From Verrucomicrobiales bacterium (GTDB lineage: Bacteria > Verrucomicrobiota > Verrucomicrobiia > Verrucomicrobiales > V1-33): a DNA stretch of 64,000 bases. The notes under the pieces were generated by a model. The model did not search any database and was not told the DNA's origin. It saw only the letters and a program-made list of their open reading frames with translations. The stretch's first letter is position 1. Every line of letters begins with the position of its first letter. A program made the translations under genes and the position numbers. Location: positions 22,552 through 86,551 of the forward strand of contig JANOAV010000124.1 of assembly GCA_031411295.1 (NCBI GenBank). Reading direction: 5' to 3'. This document shows, in pieces, positions 39,790-49,600 of the stretch.

Positions 39790-41289
39790 TCAGGCGTAGC
39801 CAGCCCCATGCAGCGCCAGCGTCAGGTCCGTTTGCTGCGCCAGCTGAGCAGCGTAAATTTCCGTGTTAGCGGGAATCGGCTCGGCCCGGCTCGCTGGATC
39901 CACGGTGACCAGACGGTCTGCCAGCGCCTTCACGGACGTCTTCTGGCCGGATTCTGTCAGGCTCACGTAAGCGGCCTGAATGGCTGCTCCCAAGCCCGCG
40001 CCTTCAGAGGTAGCCAGTCCCACGACGGGGACCCCGAAACTGTCCGCCACGATTTGTCTCCAAGTTGGGCTCTTGCTGCCGCCGCCGGTAATGCGGATCT
40101 CGCTGGGCTTCAGGCCCAGTTCCTGGAATCGCTGCAAGCCATACGCCAGGCCCAGCGTCACGCCCTCGACTGCCGCGCGCGCAATATTGGCCGGGTTCAT
40201 ATTATCCATCCGCAACCCGTGCAGCACCCCGCTGCCCTTGGGGAGATTCGGCGTGCGTTCCCCATTGAGATACGGCAGGAACGTCAGGCCGTTGGCCCCT
40301 GCTGGGCTCGCGGCAAAGTGCTTTTCCAAGGTGGGTAAATCCCACGCAAACAGTTCCCGAACTTGCTCCGTGAGCACCGTCACATTCATCGTGCACACCA
40401 GCGGCATCCATTGGTCTGCGCTGTCGCAGAAGGCCGCCACTTCACCCTTGGGATCAATCATCGGCTGATCGCTGCAGGCGAACAACGTGCCGGAAGTCCC
40501 TAGGCTCACCGTAACCACCCCGCTCTGCACATTGCCCGTGCCGATGGCTCCCATCATGTTATCGCCCCCGCCCGCCGACACGACCACGCCCTTTTCCAAG
40601 CCCCAACGGGCTCGCAGCGCTTCCCGCAGTTCGCCATGGCGCTCCAAGCTACTGCCCAGCGGCGGCAACATTTCATGCACCCGGGGATCAATTGCGTCGA
40701 TCAACGGAGCACACCAGGCGCGTTTTCGAATATCCAAGAGCCCCGTGCCCGAAGCATCGCCAAACTCCATGCGCTTCACCCCCGTGAGGTGGAAATTCAA
40801 ATAATCGTGCGGCAACAGCACGCTCGTCACGCGGGCGAAATTTTGCGGTTCGTGTCGCTTCATCCAGAGTATCTTCGGAGCCGTGAATCCTGGCGGAATA
40901 TTGTTTCCCGCCAATTCAATCAACCCCGCCGCGCCCCCGAATTGCCGGGCCAATTCCTCGCACTCCGCCACCGTGGAAGTATCACACCAGAGCTTGGCTG
41001 GCCGCACCGGTTGGTCGTCCTTGTCCAATGCCGCCAGACCATGTTGTTGACCGCTGACGCCAATGCCACGGATCAATTTCCGTTTCTCGCCTAACTGCGC
41101 CACACAGGCCTCGATAGCCGCATCCGTCGCCTTCGTCCAGTCCTGCGGGTGCTGCTCCAAATGCCCCGGCGGCAGGTTCGGCACAAAATCATATTTCTCC
41201 GAAGCCTGCGCCACCACGGCCCCGGTTTCCAAATCAATCACGATGGCTTTGGTGGATTGCGTGCCGCTGTCGATGCCGAGGAAATACAT
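39790..41289 (-). CDS. xylB: xylulokinase (FGGY family)
   Basis: LGIDSGTQSTK, SGQQHG, LLPHDYLN, DASGTG, GGGDN, SLGTSG, GERTP, TGGGSKS; ATG at 41289. Confidence 0.88.
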   Translation of the reverse strand: MYFLGIDSGTQSTKAIVIDLETGAVVAQASEKYDFVPNLPPGHLEQHPQDWTKATDAAIEACVAQLGEKRKLIRGIGVSGQQHGLAALDKDDQPVRPAKLWCDTSTVAECEELARQFGGAAGLIELAGNNIPPGFTAPKILWMKRHEPQNFARVTSVLLPHDYLNFHLTGVKRMEFGDASGTGLLDIRKRAWCAPLIDAIDPRVHEMLPPLGSSLERHGELREALRARWGLEKGVVVSAGGGDNMMGAIGTGNVQSGVVTVSLGTSGTLFACSDQPMIDPKGEVAAFCDSADQWMPLVCTMNVTVLTEQVRELFAWDLPTLEKHFAASPAGANGLTFLPYLNGERTPNLPKGSGVLHGLRMDNMNPANIARAAVEGVTLGLAYGLQRFQELGLKPSEIRITGGGSKSPTWRQIVADSFGVPVVGLATSEGAGLGAAIQAAYVSLTESGQKTSVKALADRLVTVDPASRAEPIPANTEIYAAQLAQQTDLTLALHGAGYA

Positions 41290-41425
41290 GGGAATGGGAG
41301 AGTGGGAAAAAGTTAAAGAATTGAGCGTAGGCATCGTTGTAGCGGGATAATCCCAAGATTCAACCTCAATTCAAATTAGGAAATTGGAAGCAGTCCGCTG
41401 GACTGCCCGCCCCCCATTCGCATCG

Positions 41426-41770
41426 CTAACCCAATTTTTTTGCTCGTTCCACCAAGCGCTTCTGTAAATTCCCGCACACCGTAGCGCACAGTTCCGAGAT
41501 TGACGGATCGGCAATGAAGCACACCGCCGTCAGGCCTTCCCTTCGACGGCCCACCATGCCGGCATCCACCAGCGATTGCACGTGCCGGGAAACGTTCGCC
41601 TGCGTGAGCTTGGTGGCGTTCACCAGCTCCGTGATGTTCTTTTCCCCTTCTTCCAGCGAGCGCAAAATCCGCAGCCGGCTCGGTTCCGACAGGACGCGGA
41701 ACCACGAGGCTATCAGCTCCAGCGCTTCATCAGAAACTGGCGGGGGGGGCTTTTTGGGGCGAGCAGACAT
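41426..41770 (-). CDS. ArsR/SmtB family transcriptional regulator
   Basis: FRVLSEPSRLRIL..QANVSRH..L..AG.V..RREG; C-terminal ELCATVC. Confidence 0.9.
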   Translation of the reverse strand: MSARPKKPPPPVSDEALELIASWFRVLSEPSRLRILRSLEEGEKNITELVNATKLTQANVSRHVQSLVDAGMVGRRREGLTAVCFIADPSISELCATVCGNLQKRLVERAKKLG

Positions 41771-41799
41771 AAATTTCAAGAAAAGAGGTTGCAGCGTCT

Positions 41800-41823
41800 C
41801 TATATGCGCATAGACTCATATAG
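41800..41823. promoter_or_regulatory. putative ArsR operator overlapping divergent promoters
   Basis: CTATATG-N10-CATATAG dyad; overlaps TTGCAG-16-TAGACT (+) and a TTGACT (-). Confidence 0.65.
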
Positions 41824-41845
41824 TCAACCAACCGAATTGAAACCC

Positions 41846-42004
41846 ATGACCCTCGATTTGTCCACCAAAACCTGCTTCCTGATGCTGGCAGCCATCATGG
41901 TCATCAATGCGCTGCGGCCCCAACCCACCAACCCATGTCCTTCAGGAATCTGTATCACCCCAAGCCGCCCGGAATTGATGGCTCCAAGTCCCCATCCTAA
42001 ATAA
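41846..42004 (+). CDS. 52-aa small membrane protein with CPSGIC motif
   Basis: ATG just downstream of the operator; hydrophobic helix followed by a Cys pair. Confidence 0.45.
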   Translation: MTLDLSTKTCFLMLAAIMVINALRPQPTNPCPSGICITPSRPELMAPSPHPK

Positions 42005-42082
42005 ATTTGGTTTAGCATTCCCCAAAACGCTTCCCGATCCCGCACTCCCCTAACTGGGGTCGGGAAGCACTCTTTCTTCTTC

Positions 42083-43222
42083 ATGATCGCCCGCATTCTC
42101 CTGCTTCCGCTTATTTTCCTGGTTTCGTGTGGCAAGCACGAGACTGGAAAAACCCCTGCGTCAAAACTTCCCGCCGCCAGCGTGCAAGTAGCCACGGTGG
42201 AGAAACGCACGCTCCCGCTCAGCGAAGACATCACCGGCACGGTGCGGGCGAAAATGCGTGCGGTTATCGAAGCGAAGATTTCTGGCCGCATCCTCACGCT
42301 GAATGCTGCCCTCGGCCAGATCGTGAAAGAAGGCGAAGTCTTAGCCATCTTGGATGCCCAGGAAATGACTGCCCGTGTGCAATCCGCCCAAGCCATGTTG
42401 GATCAGGCGACACGCGATGAACAACGCGCTTCCGGTCTGGTGGCTACCAATGCCATTTCCAAGTCCGAATATGAATCCACCAAGGCGCGCCTCGAAGTCG
42501 CCAAGGCCAGTGTTTCCGAGGCTCAGACCATGATGGGTTATGCTAAAGTGACCGCTCCGTTCGCTGGCGTTATCACCCGCAAGCTCACGGAGCAGGGCGA
42601 TTTCGCGGCTCCGGGGAAACCTCTGTTGGAATTGGAAAATCCCGCGCAACTCCGGATCGAAGCCGATATCCCAGAAACGCTCATTGCGAATTTGAAACTA
42701 GGCGACGCGTTGGAAATCAGCTCTGGCCAAGCAATTGCGCAGTATAGACAACGTCCTGGCTCGGACGTGGAGGGCGACGTTAGGAGACCAGCACCACGCA
42801 CCGCCGATCCCACCGGACATGGCGCTGGTCTCGTTACCTCGCCCTCTACTGCTACGGACGCTAACACCACAGCCAAGATCGCTGAAATTTCGCCAGCAGG
42901 CGATCCCAACAGCCGCACCTTTCCTGTAAAACTGGATTTACCCACCGACAGCACGCTGCATCCCGGCCAGTTTGTTCGCTTGGCAGTTCCAGTTAGGCAA
43001 TACGAAGCATTGGTGATCCCGAAGGCCTCATTGGTCCAGCGCGGCCAGCTTCAGATAGTGTTTGTAAATGATACTAACGTCGCCAAATTGCGCTTGGTGC
43101 GCGTCGGAAGAGAGCGGAGCGAAGGCGTGGAAGTGCTTAGCGGATTAGACGGCGGAGAGTCATTGGTGACCACCGGAGCCGCCGCCTTGCAGGACGGACA
43201 ACCTTTGACGATCACGCCATGA
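42083..43222 (+). CDS. RND efflux periplasmic adaptor (lipoprotein) carrying an in-frame repeat insertion
   Basis: lipobox [51 protein letters not shown]. Confidence 0.93.
   Translation: MIARILLLPLIFLVSCGKHETGKTPASKLPAASVQVATVEKRTLPLSEDITGTVRAKMRAVIEAKISGRILTLNAALGQIVKEGEVLAILDAQEMTARVQSAQAMLDQATRDEQRASGLVATNAISKSEYESTKARLEVAKASVSEAQTMMGYAKVTAPFAGVITRKLTEQGDFAAPGKPLLELENPAQLRIEADIPETLIANLKLGDALEISSGQAIAQYRQRPGSDVEGDVRRPAPRTADPTGHGAGLVTSPSTATDANTTAKIAEISPAGDPNSRTFPVKLDLPTDSTLHPGQFVRLAVPVRQYEALVIPKASLVQRGQLQIVFVNDTNVAKLRLVRVGRERSEGVEVLSGLDGGESLVTTGAAALQDGQPLTITP
42767..42849. repeat. 83-bp palindromic REPIN-like element inserted in frame in a CDS
   Basis: 68/83 identical by manual gap-free alignment to the reverse complement of 20213-20295. 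Confidence 0.85.
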
Positions 43223-46200
43223 GTGACAAAGTTCCCAGCACGCAGGGCCCCGCCGGACGGGTGGCTGCTGCGTTCATCAACTCCAAACTAACGCCGTTAG
43301 TGGTTATCACTTCGGTGTTGCTGGGGCTGTTCGCCATCATCATGCTGCCACGCGAGGAAGAGCCACAGATCAAGGTTCCCATGGTGGATGTCATGGTCGC
43401 CATGCCCGGCTTCAGCGCCAAGGAGGTGGAGGAACGCGCCACGCGTCCCATGGAGAAGTTGTTGTGGGAAGTCCCTGGCGTGGAGTATGTCTATTCCACC
43501 TCCCGCCCTAGCGAGAGCTTGGTCATTGTCCGCTTCAAGGTTGGCAGCGATGTGGAGGAAAGCTTGGTGCGACTGAATCAGAAGCTGGCGTCCAATTACG
43601 ATCGCATTCCACATGGTGTTAGCGCTCCGCTCATCAAGCCCCGCAGTATCGATGATGTGCCCATTCTGGCCCTCACATTTCACAGCGCCCGCTATGATCA
43701 CCTCACGCTCCGACGCGTCGTTTCCCAAGCGGATGATATTTTGAAACAAGTCCCGCAGGTGGCGGAAACAACCATCATCGGTGGAGCGAAACGCGAGATC
43801 CGCATCCTGCTGGATCCGGCCAAACTAGCCGCACGCAACCTCAGCCCTGCCGGGCTCGTGCCCATGTTGCAGCAGGGAAATCGACAGTATCGCAGCGGCG
43901 GGCTGACCACGAATAATCAGGAAGTCATCGTGGAAACGGGCGCGTTCCTAACCACCGCAGAGGAAGTTGGCAATGTGGTCGTTGGTGTCTTCAGCGGCAA
44001 GCCAGTTTATCTGCGTGAAGTTTCCACCATTGAAGATGGCGCGGAAGAACCGTCGCAATATGTGCTCTATGGCGACAAGTCAGGTGAGCAAGCAGGTGTC
44101 ACGCTCAGCCTCGCTAAACGGCCCGGAGCCAATGCCATTGCGGTGGCGGACGAGGTGTTGCGCAAATTGGATACCTTGAAAGGCAGCATCATTCCATCCG
44201 ATATCACCGTCAGCATCACGCGCCACTATGGCGAGACGGCCTCGGAGAAAAGCAACGAACTCCTCTTCCACATGGGGCTCGCAGTGCTCAGCGTTTCCTT
44301 GCTTATCATGTTCACCTTAGGCTGGCGGGAAAGCATTATCGTGGCTGTGGCCGTGCCGTCCACCTTGGCCCTAACGCTGTTGGTAATTTACCTGTATGGC
44401 TTCACGCTGAACCGCATCACGCTGTTCGCGCTCATCTTCAGTATCGGCATTCTGGTGGACGACGCCATTGTCGTCGTGGAGAACATTGTGCGGCACTTTC
44501 ATCTGCCGGAAAACAATGGTCGCTCGCGATCCATCGTCGCCATCGAAGCTGTCAGCGAAGTTGGCAATCCCACCATTCTGGCAACCTTTGCCGTGATTTT
44601 TGCCGTGGTCCCCATGGCTTTCGTCGGCGGTCTGATGGGCCCTTACATGCGGCCCATTCCCATCGGAGCCAGTGCCGCCATGGCGTTCTCGTTGATCATT
44701 GCATTCATTGTCACGCCTTGGGCCGCAGTGCGTGTGCTGAATTGGCGGCGTAAGAAAGATCAGTCAGTTCAGACCGATCAGACGGATCCAAAACCTGCTC
44801 ACTCCACTGCTCATCCAGAAGATTTCTTCACGAAACTTTACCGACGTATCATGGGGCCCATGATCCACACCGTGCGCTGGCGCTGGACCTTTCTCATTGG
44901 CATTACCCTGCTGCTGCTGGCCTCCATGGGCACCGTGGGAATTAGTTGGGTGAAAGTAAAAATGCTGCCGTTCGACAACAAATCCGAATTCCAGATCATC
45001 CTGAATATGCCGGAAGGCAGTTCGCTGGAACGCACCACCCAGGCCGCTCGGGAGATTGCTGCTGCTGTGCGCACGGAACCAGAAGTAACCGACTATCAAA
45101 TTTATGCGGGCACTAGTTCGCCCTTCAATTTCAATGGGCTCGTGCGGCATTACTTCCTGCGTCGGGGCGCTAACGTGGCGGACATTCAGGTAAATCTTGT
45201 TCCCAAACATGACCGCAGCGCCCAGAGTCACGATATCGCCAAGCGCGTCCGTCCCGCCGTGGCGGCCATTGCCAAGCGCTTCGACGCCCGCGTGGCCATT
45301 GCCGAAGTGCCGCCCGGACCTCCGGTGCTACAAACGTTAGTCGCTGAAATTTACGGTCCCGACGAACCCGCCCGCCAAGCCCTGGCCAAAGAAGTGCGTG
45401 GAGTCTTTGCATCCACACCCGGCGTGGTGGATATCGATTGGTATTCCGAAGCCGATCAACCGCGGACCCGTTTTGTGATCGATAAAGAGAAAGCCGCACT
45501 CCACGGCATCAGTGCGGAAACCATTTCCCAAACGCTGCGCATCGCTGTGGGCGGGGATTCGGTGGATTTACTCCACGTGCCCGCCGACAAAGAAGACATC
45601 AATTTAGTCCTGCAACTCCCCCGAGCCATGAAGGCCACGCCGGAGGAATTGCTGGCGCTCCGAGTCCGAGCAGGCGACGCCAACGCCCTGCCAGAACCGC
45701 TTGCAGTCGGCGCTCCACCACCGCTCGTGCCCTTGCGGGAGTTGGTAAAAGTGGAAACAACCCTCACGGACAAGAGTATTTACCACAAGAACCTCATGCC
45801 CGTGACCTATGTCATTGGAGATGTCGCAGGCGTGGTGGAAAGCCCAGTCTATGCCATTTTCCAAATGAATGAGAAACTCCACGCGCTCGACACTAAAAAG
45901 TTCGGTGGCAGCGGAGCGGAACTCAAAATCCACAACTCCGAAATGCCCTTCTCTGACAAGGAACCGTCCATGAAGTGGGATGGCGAATGGCATATCACCA
46001 TCGAAGTCTTTCGCGATCTCGGCCTGGCGTTCGGAGCCGTGCTGGTGCTTATTTATGTGCTCATGGTCGGCTGGTTCAAGAGCTTCCTAACCCCCGCCAT
46101 CGTCATGGTCGCCATTCCATTCTCGCTCGTAGGCATCCTCCCCGCCCACGGAGCCATGGGCGCGTTCTTCACAGCCACCAGCATGATCGGATTCATGGCC

Positions 46201-46485
46201 GGCGCAGGCATCGTGGTGCGAAATTCCATCATCCTCGTGGACTTCATCGAACAACGTCTGCGCGAAGGCATGCCCCTCAGCGAAGCCGTCATCGATGCCG
46301 GAGCCGTGCGCTTCCGCCCCATGCTCCTAACCGCCCTGGCCGTCATCGCAGGAGCCGGAGTCATCCTGGCCGACCCCATCTTCCAAGGTCTCGCCATCTC
46401 CCTCATGGCCGGTGAAATCGCCAGCCTCCTCATCAGCCGCATGGCCGTCCCCGTGCTGTATTTCATGGCGAATCGGAAAGCGTAG
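43219..46485 (+). CDS. RND efflux permease (AcrB/CusA superfamily)
   Basis: [43 protein letters not shown] overlap with the adaptor gene. Confidence 0.95.
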   Translation: MSDKVPSTQGPAGRVAAAFINSKLTPLVVITSVLLGLFAIIMLPREEEPQIKVPMVDVMVAMPGFSAKEVEERATRPMEKLLWEVPGVEYVYSTSRPSESLVIVRFKVGSDVEESLVRLNQKLASNYDRIPHGVSAPLIKPRSIDDVPILALTFHSARYDHLTLRRVVSQADDILKQVPQVAETTIIGGAKREIRILLDPAKLAARNLSPAGLVPMLQQGNRQYRSGGLTTNNQEVIVETGAFLTTAEEVGNVVVGVFSGKPVYLREVSTIEDGAEEPSQYVLYGDKSGEQAGVTLSLAKRPGANAIAVADEVLRKLDTLKGSIIPSDITVSITRHYGETASEKSNELLFHMGLAVLSVSLLIMFTLGWRESIIVAVAVPSTLALTLLVIYLYGFTLNRITLFALIFSIGILVDDAIVVVENIVRHFHLPENNGRSRSIVAIEAVSEVGNPTILATFAVIFAVVPMAFVGGLMGPYMRPIPIGASAAMAFSLIIAFIVTPWAAVRVLNWRRKKDQSVQTDQTDPKPAHSTAHPEDFFTKLYRRIMGPMIHTVRWRWTFLIGITLLLLASMGTVGISWVKVKMLPFDNKSEFQIILNMPEGSSLERTTQAAREIAAAVRTEPEVTDYQIYAGTSSPFNFNGLVRHYFLRRGANVADIQVNLVPKHDRSAQSHDIAKRVRPAVAAIAKRFDARVAIAEVPPGPPVLQTLVAEIYGPDEPARQALAKEVRGVFASTPGVVDIDWYSEADQPRTRFVIDKEKAALHGISAETISQTLRIAVGGDSVDLLHVPADKEDINLVLQLPRAMKATPEELLALRVRAGDANALPEPLAVGAPPPLVPLRELVKVETTLTDKSIYHKNLMPVTYVIGDVAGVVESPVYAIFQMNEKLHALDTKKFGGSGAELKIHNSEMPFSDKEPSMKWDGEWHITIEVFRDLGLAFGAVLVLIYVLMVGWFKSFLTPAIVMVAIPFSLVGILPAHGAMGAFFTATSMIGFMAGAGIVVRNSIILVDFIEQRLREGMPLSEAVIDAGAVRFRPMLLTALAVIAGAGVILADPIFQGLAISLMAGEIASLLISRMAVPVLYFMANRKA

Positions 46486-46661
46486 CGAGGACCACTCAGG
46501 ACAGTTCTTGCGTGGCAGTTTGGCAATCGAATGGCCCAGGATACCACCTCGCAACGGGAAAGCGTAAGCTGGGTGCCTCAAGAGTTCATTGACGCGACTG
46601 CCGCAAAGCGAAAGGCTGAGCGGAAGTCTTCGGACCATCCACTAACCTCACGTTTCAGCTC

Positions 46662-49600
46662 ATGCGACTACCTCACTCACTGCTTGGTTTAACTGCGATC
46701 ATCTTTTTGAGCATTGATGCGGGGGCGGCCCCGGTCCCGTTGTTTGACGGGAAGACTTTCAACGGTTGGGAGGGCGATAAGGAAACCGTGTGGCACATTG
46801 AGGACGGAGCTTTGCGGGCTGGATCGCTGACGCAGAAGCAGGAGAAGAATAATTTCCTGGCTACGGTGAAGGAGTATGGGAATTTTGAGCTGACACTAAA
46901 ATGGAAGTTAGAGGGCACCGAGGGTTTCGTGAATGGCGGCGTGCAGTTCCACTCCAAACGGGTGCCTAACCACTGGGAAGTGTCTGGGTATCAGGCGGAT
47001 TTGGGTGCAGGTTATGACGGTGCTTTGTATGACGAAAGTCGGCGCAACAAAGTGCTCGTGCAACCGACCAAGGATTTGCTGGAGAAGGCTCGCAAGCCAG
47101 TGGGCGAATGGAATGATTACAAGATTCGTGCGGAAGGTCGGCATTTGCAGATTTGGCTCAATGGAGTGCAGACGGTGGATTACACGGAGCCGGATGCGGC
47201 TATTCCACTGAAGGGAATCATTGCCGTGCAGATCCATGGCGATGCCACTTCGGTGGTGCGCTACAAGGATCTGATGATTGAGGAATTAGCGGCAGCTAAA
47301 CCAACCGAAGTCGCGGGCAAGCCCATGGCGCTCTTCGATGGCAAGTCGCTCGATGGTTGGACTGGAACCGAAAAGGCGCGTTGGCGCGTGGAGGATGGGA
47401 CCATCACTTTCGGGGGCACGGGCACGGTGCCACCCGTCGAAAACTGGCTGGCGAGCACACGGGAGTTTGCGAATTTCGATCTGACCTTTCAAGCCAAAGA
47501 GGATGGAACTGTAGGGACCGGAATGTTTTTCCGCAGTGTTGTCGTGCCGGGCCAATGGATTATCGGATGGCAGATTGACGTCGGCCAGAGCTACGATGGC
47601 GGCCTCTTTCGTGCTGGGCCGAATTCTGGTAAGATTGCTTACCCTGACAAGGGATTGGTGGAGCGCACGATCAAGCCGGGGGAGTGGAATCGATACCGCG
47701 TGAGGGCGGAAGGTCGGCATTTGCAAACGTGGCTCAATGGGGTGGTGATGGCCGACTATCAAGACCGGGCCAAGGACTGGCGACGCAGCGGCGTGCTGGC
47801 TTTGGAAATGTCCAATTATGGCACTGGGCAGGCGCAGTTTAAAGACCTCCAAATCACGGAACTGCCAGCCACGGAGGAGGCCGCCGCGCTGGCCGAAGGT
47901 CCGGCTTCTCGCATTACGGATCAGTTGCCGCCGTCGCGGAAATTGTTGCCCTACGGAGATCGGAAGTTCACGCTGGAAAAGGAGGAAGTGGTGGTCTTCG
48001 TGGGGTCGGAGAACATGGTTCTGGAGCAGCGTTCGGGCTGGCTGGAGGCGGCTCTGGCCACGCAATGGAAATCCGTCAATCCGCGCTTTCGACACATGAG
48101 CTGGGAAGGTGATTCGGTGTTTCGGCAGAATCGCATGATGGAATGGGGATCGTGGCCGACGAATCTGGAGGCGGCCGGAGCGACGGCAGTAGTGGCCTGG
48201 TTCGGCCAAGTGGAAGCGATGGACGCGACCAAGTCCGTCGAGGATTTTGCCAAGGCCTACGGAACGCTGTTGGACGAATTTGCCAAGCGCACGCCTCGCA
48301 TCGTGATCGTGAGCCCGCCCTTGTTCGAGAAGCCCGTCGATCCCCGCGTGCCGGACAACACGAAACTGAACGACCGTGTTAGGCAATTGAGTATTGCCGC
48401 TGGGAAACTGGCATCCGAGCGAGGCTTGGTGTTTGTTGATTTGACCAGTTTGGACCGAGGCGGAAAGCCGCTAACACGAGATGGGCTGCATTTCTCTGAA
48501 GCAGGTCTGGCGGTGGTTGGAAAAGCCGTGGTAGCCGCTTTGGGAGTCAAAAGTGAGGCCTCGGAGCCATTGCGCTTGGCCATCGTGGAGAAGAATCGGC
48601 TTTGGTTCGACACGTGGCGCTGCATGAACTGGGCGTTCGCGTTTGGGGATCGCACCACGCAGCCTTTTGCGAAGGGAGCGGGTGAGGAACCAGCCTTTGT
48701 CGAAGAGTTGAAGAAGCACCAGCCCCTGCTCGCGCAGGCAGAGGCAACAGTCTTCGCACTGGCTAACGGAACTCCAAGGCCGGAGTCAACCGTCACGACG
48801 CCACCGCGGGCGGATCCTCCCGCGCTGACTCCAGCAGAGGAAATGGCGAACTTCAAACTGCGCGATGGCTTTGCCGTGAATCTCTTTGCCGATGAATCTC
48901 TCGGCGTGATTCGGCCCATTCAGATTCGCTGGGACACGCGCGGGCGCTTATGGGTGGCCTGCACGCCAGCGTATCCGCAACTGCAACCAGGCGAGCACGC
49001 CCATGATTACATCCTGATTCTGGAAGACACGGATGGCGATGGCAAGGCCGATCAGTCCTCGCGCTATGCGGAGCATCTCACGATGCCGATGGGCTTTGAG
49101 TTTGCGGCTCAGGAAGCAGGAGGCGGACTGTATGTTTGCGAGAGCACGCAGTTGGTTCATTTGCCGGACCGGAATGGCGATGACAAGGCCGATGGCCATG
49201 AAATTGTGCTCAGCGGATTCGGCACGGGCGATACGCATCAGGATGCCAACTCGCTGCGTTGGGGGCCGGATGGTTGTCTGTGGTTCACCCAAGGTTATCA
49301 TATTTGGTCCTATGTGGAAACGCCGTATGGCTTGGCGGAATTGAATCGCAGCGGCGTGTGGCGCTTCAATCCACGGACCTTGCGGCTGGATTCCTTTTTG
49401 AACGAGAGCACCGCAGGCCTGAATTGCTGGGGCACGGCGTGGGATGACTATGGTCAAATTTTCCACGGCAGTGGAGCGGACACGCAGATCTGGTTTACCA
49501 CGCCTGCGATCATTCCTACGCTGCATGTCTTGGCATTGCCAACTGGCATGGCGGGTTCGCGCGGGAAGAGCATGGAGCCGGAATTTCTGAGCAGTAGCCA

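Noticed and set aside
41742..41749. G8/C8 tract in arsR as a phase-variation site
   Set aside because: Explained by consecutive Pro codons in a GC-rich genome; no other support
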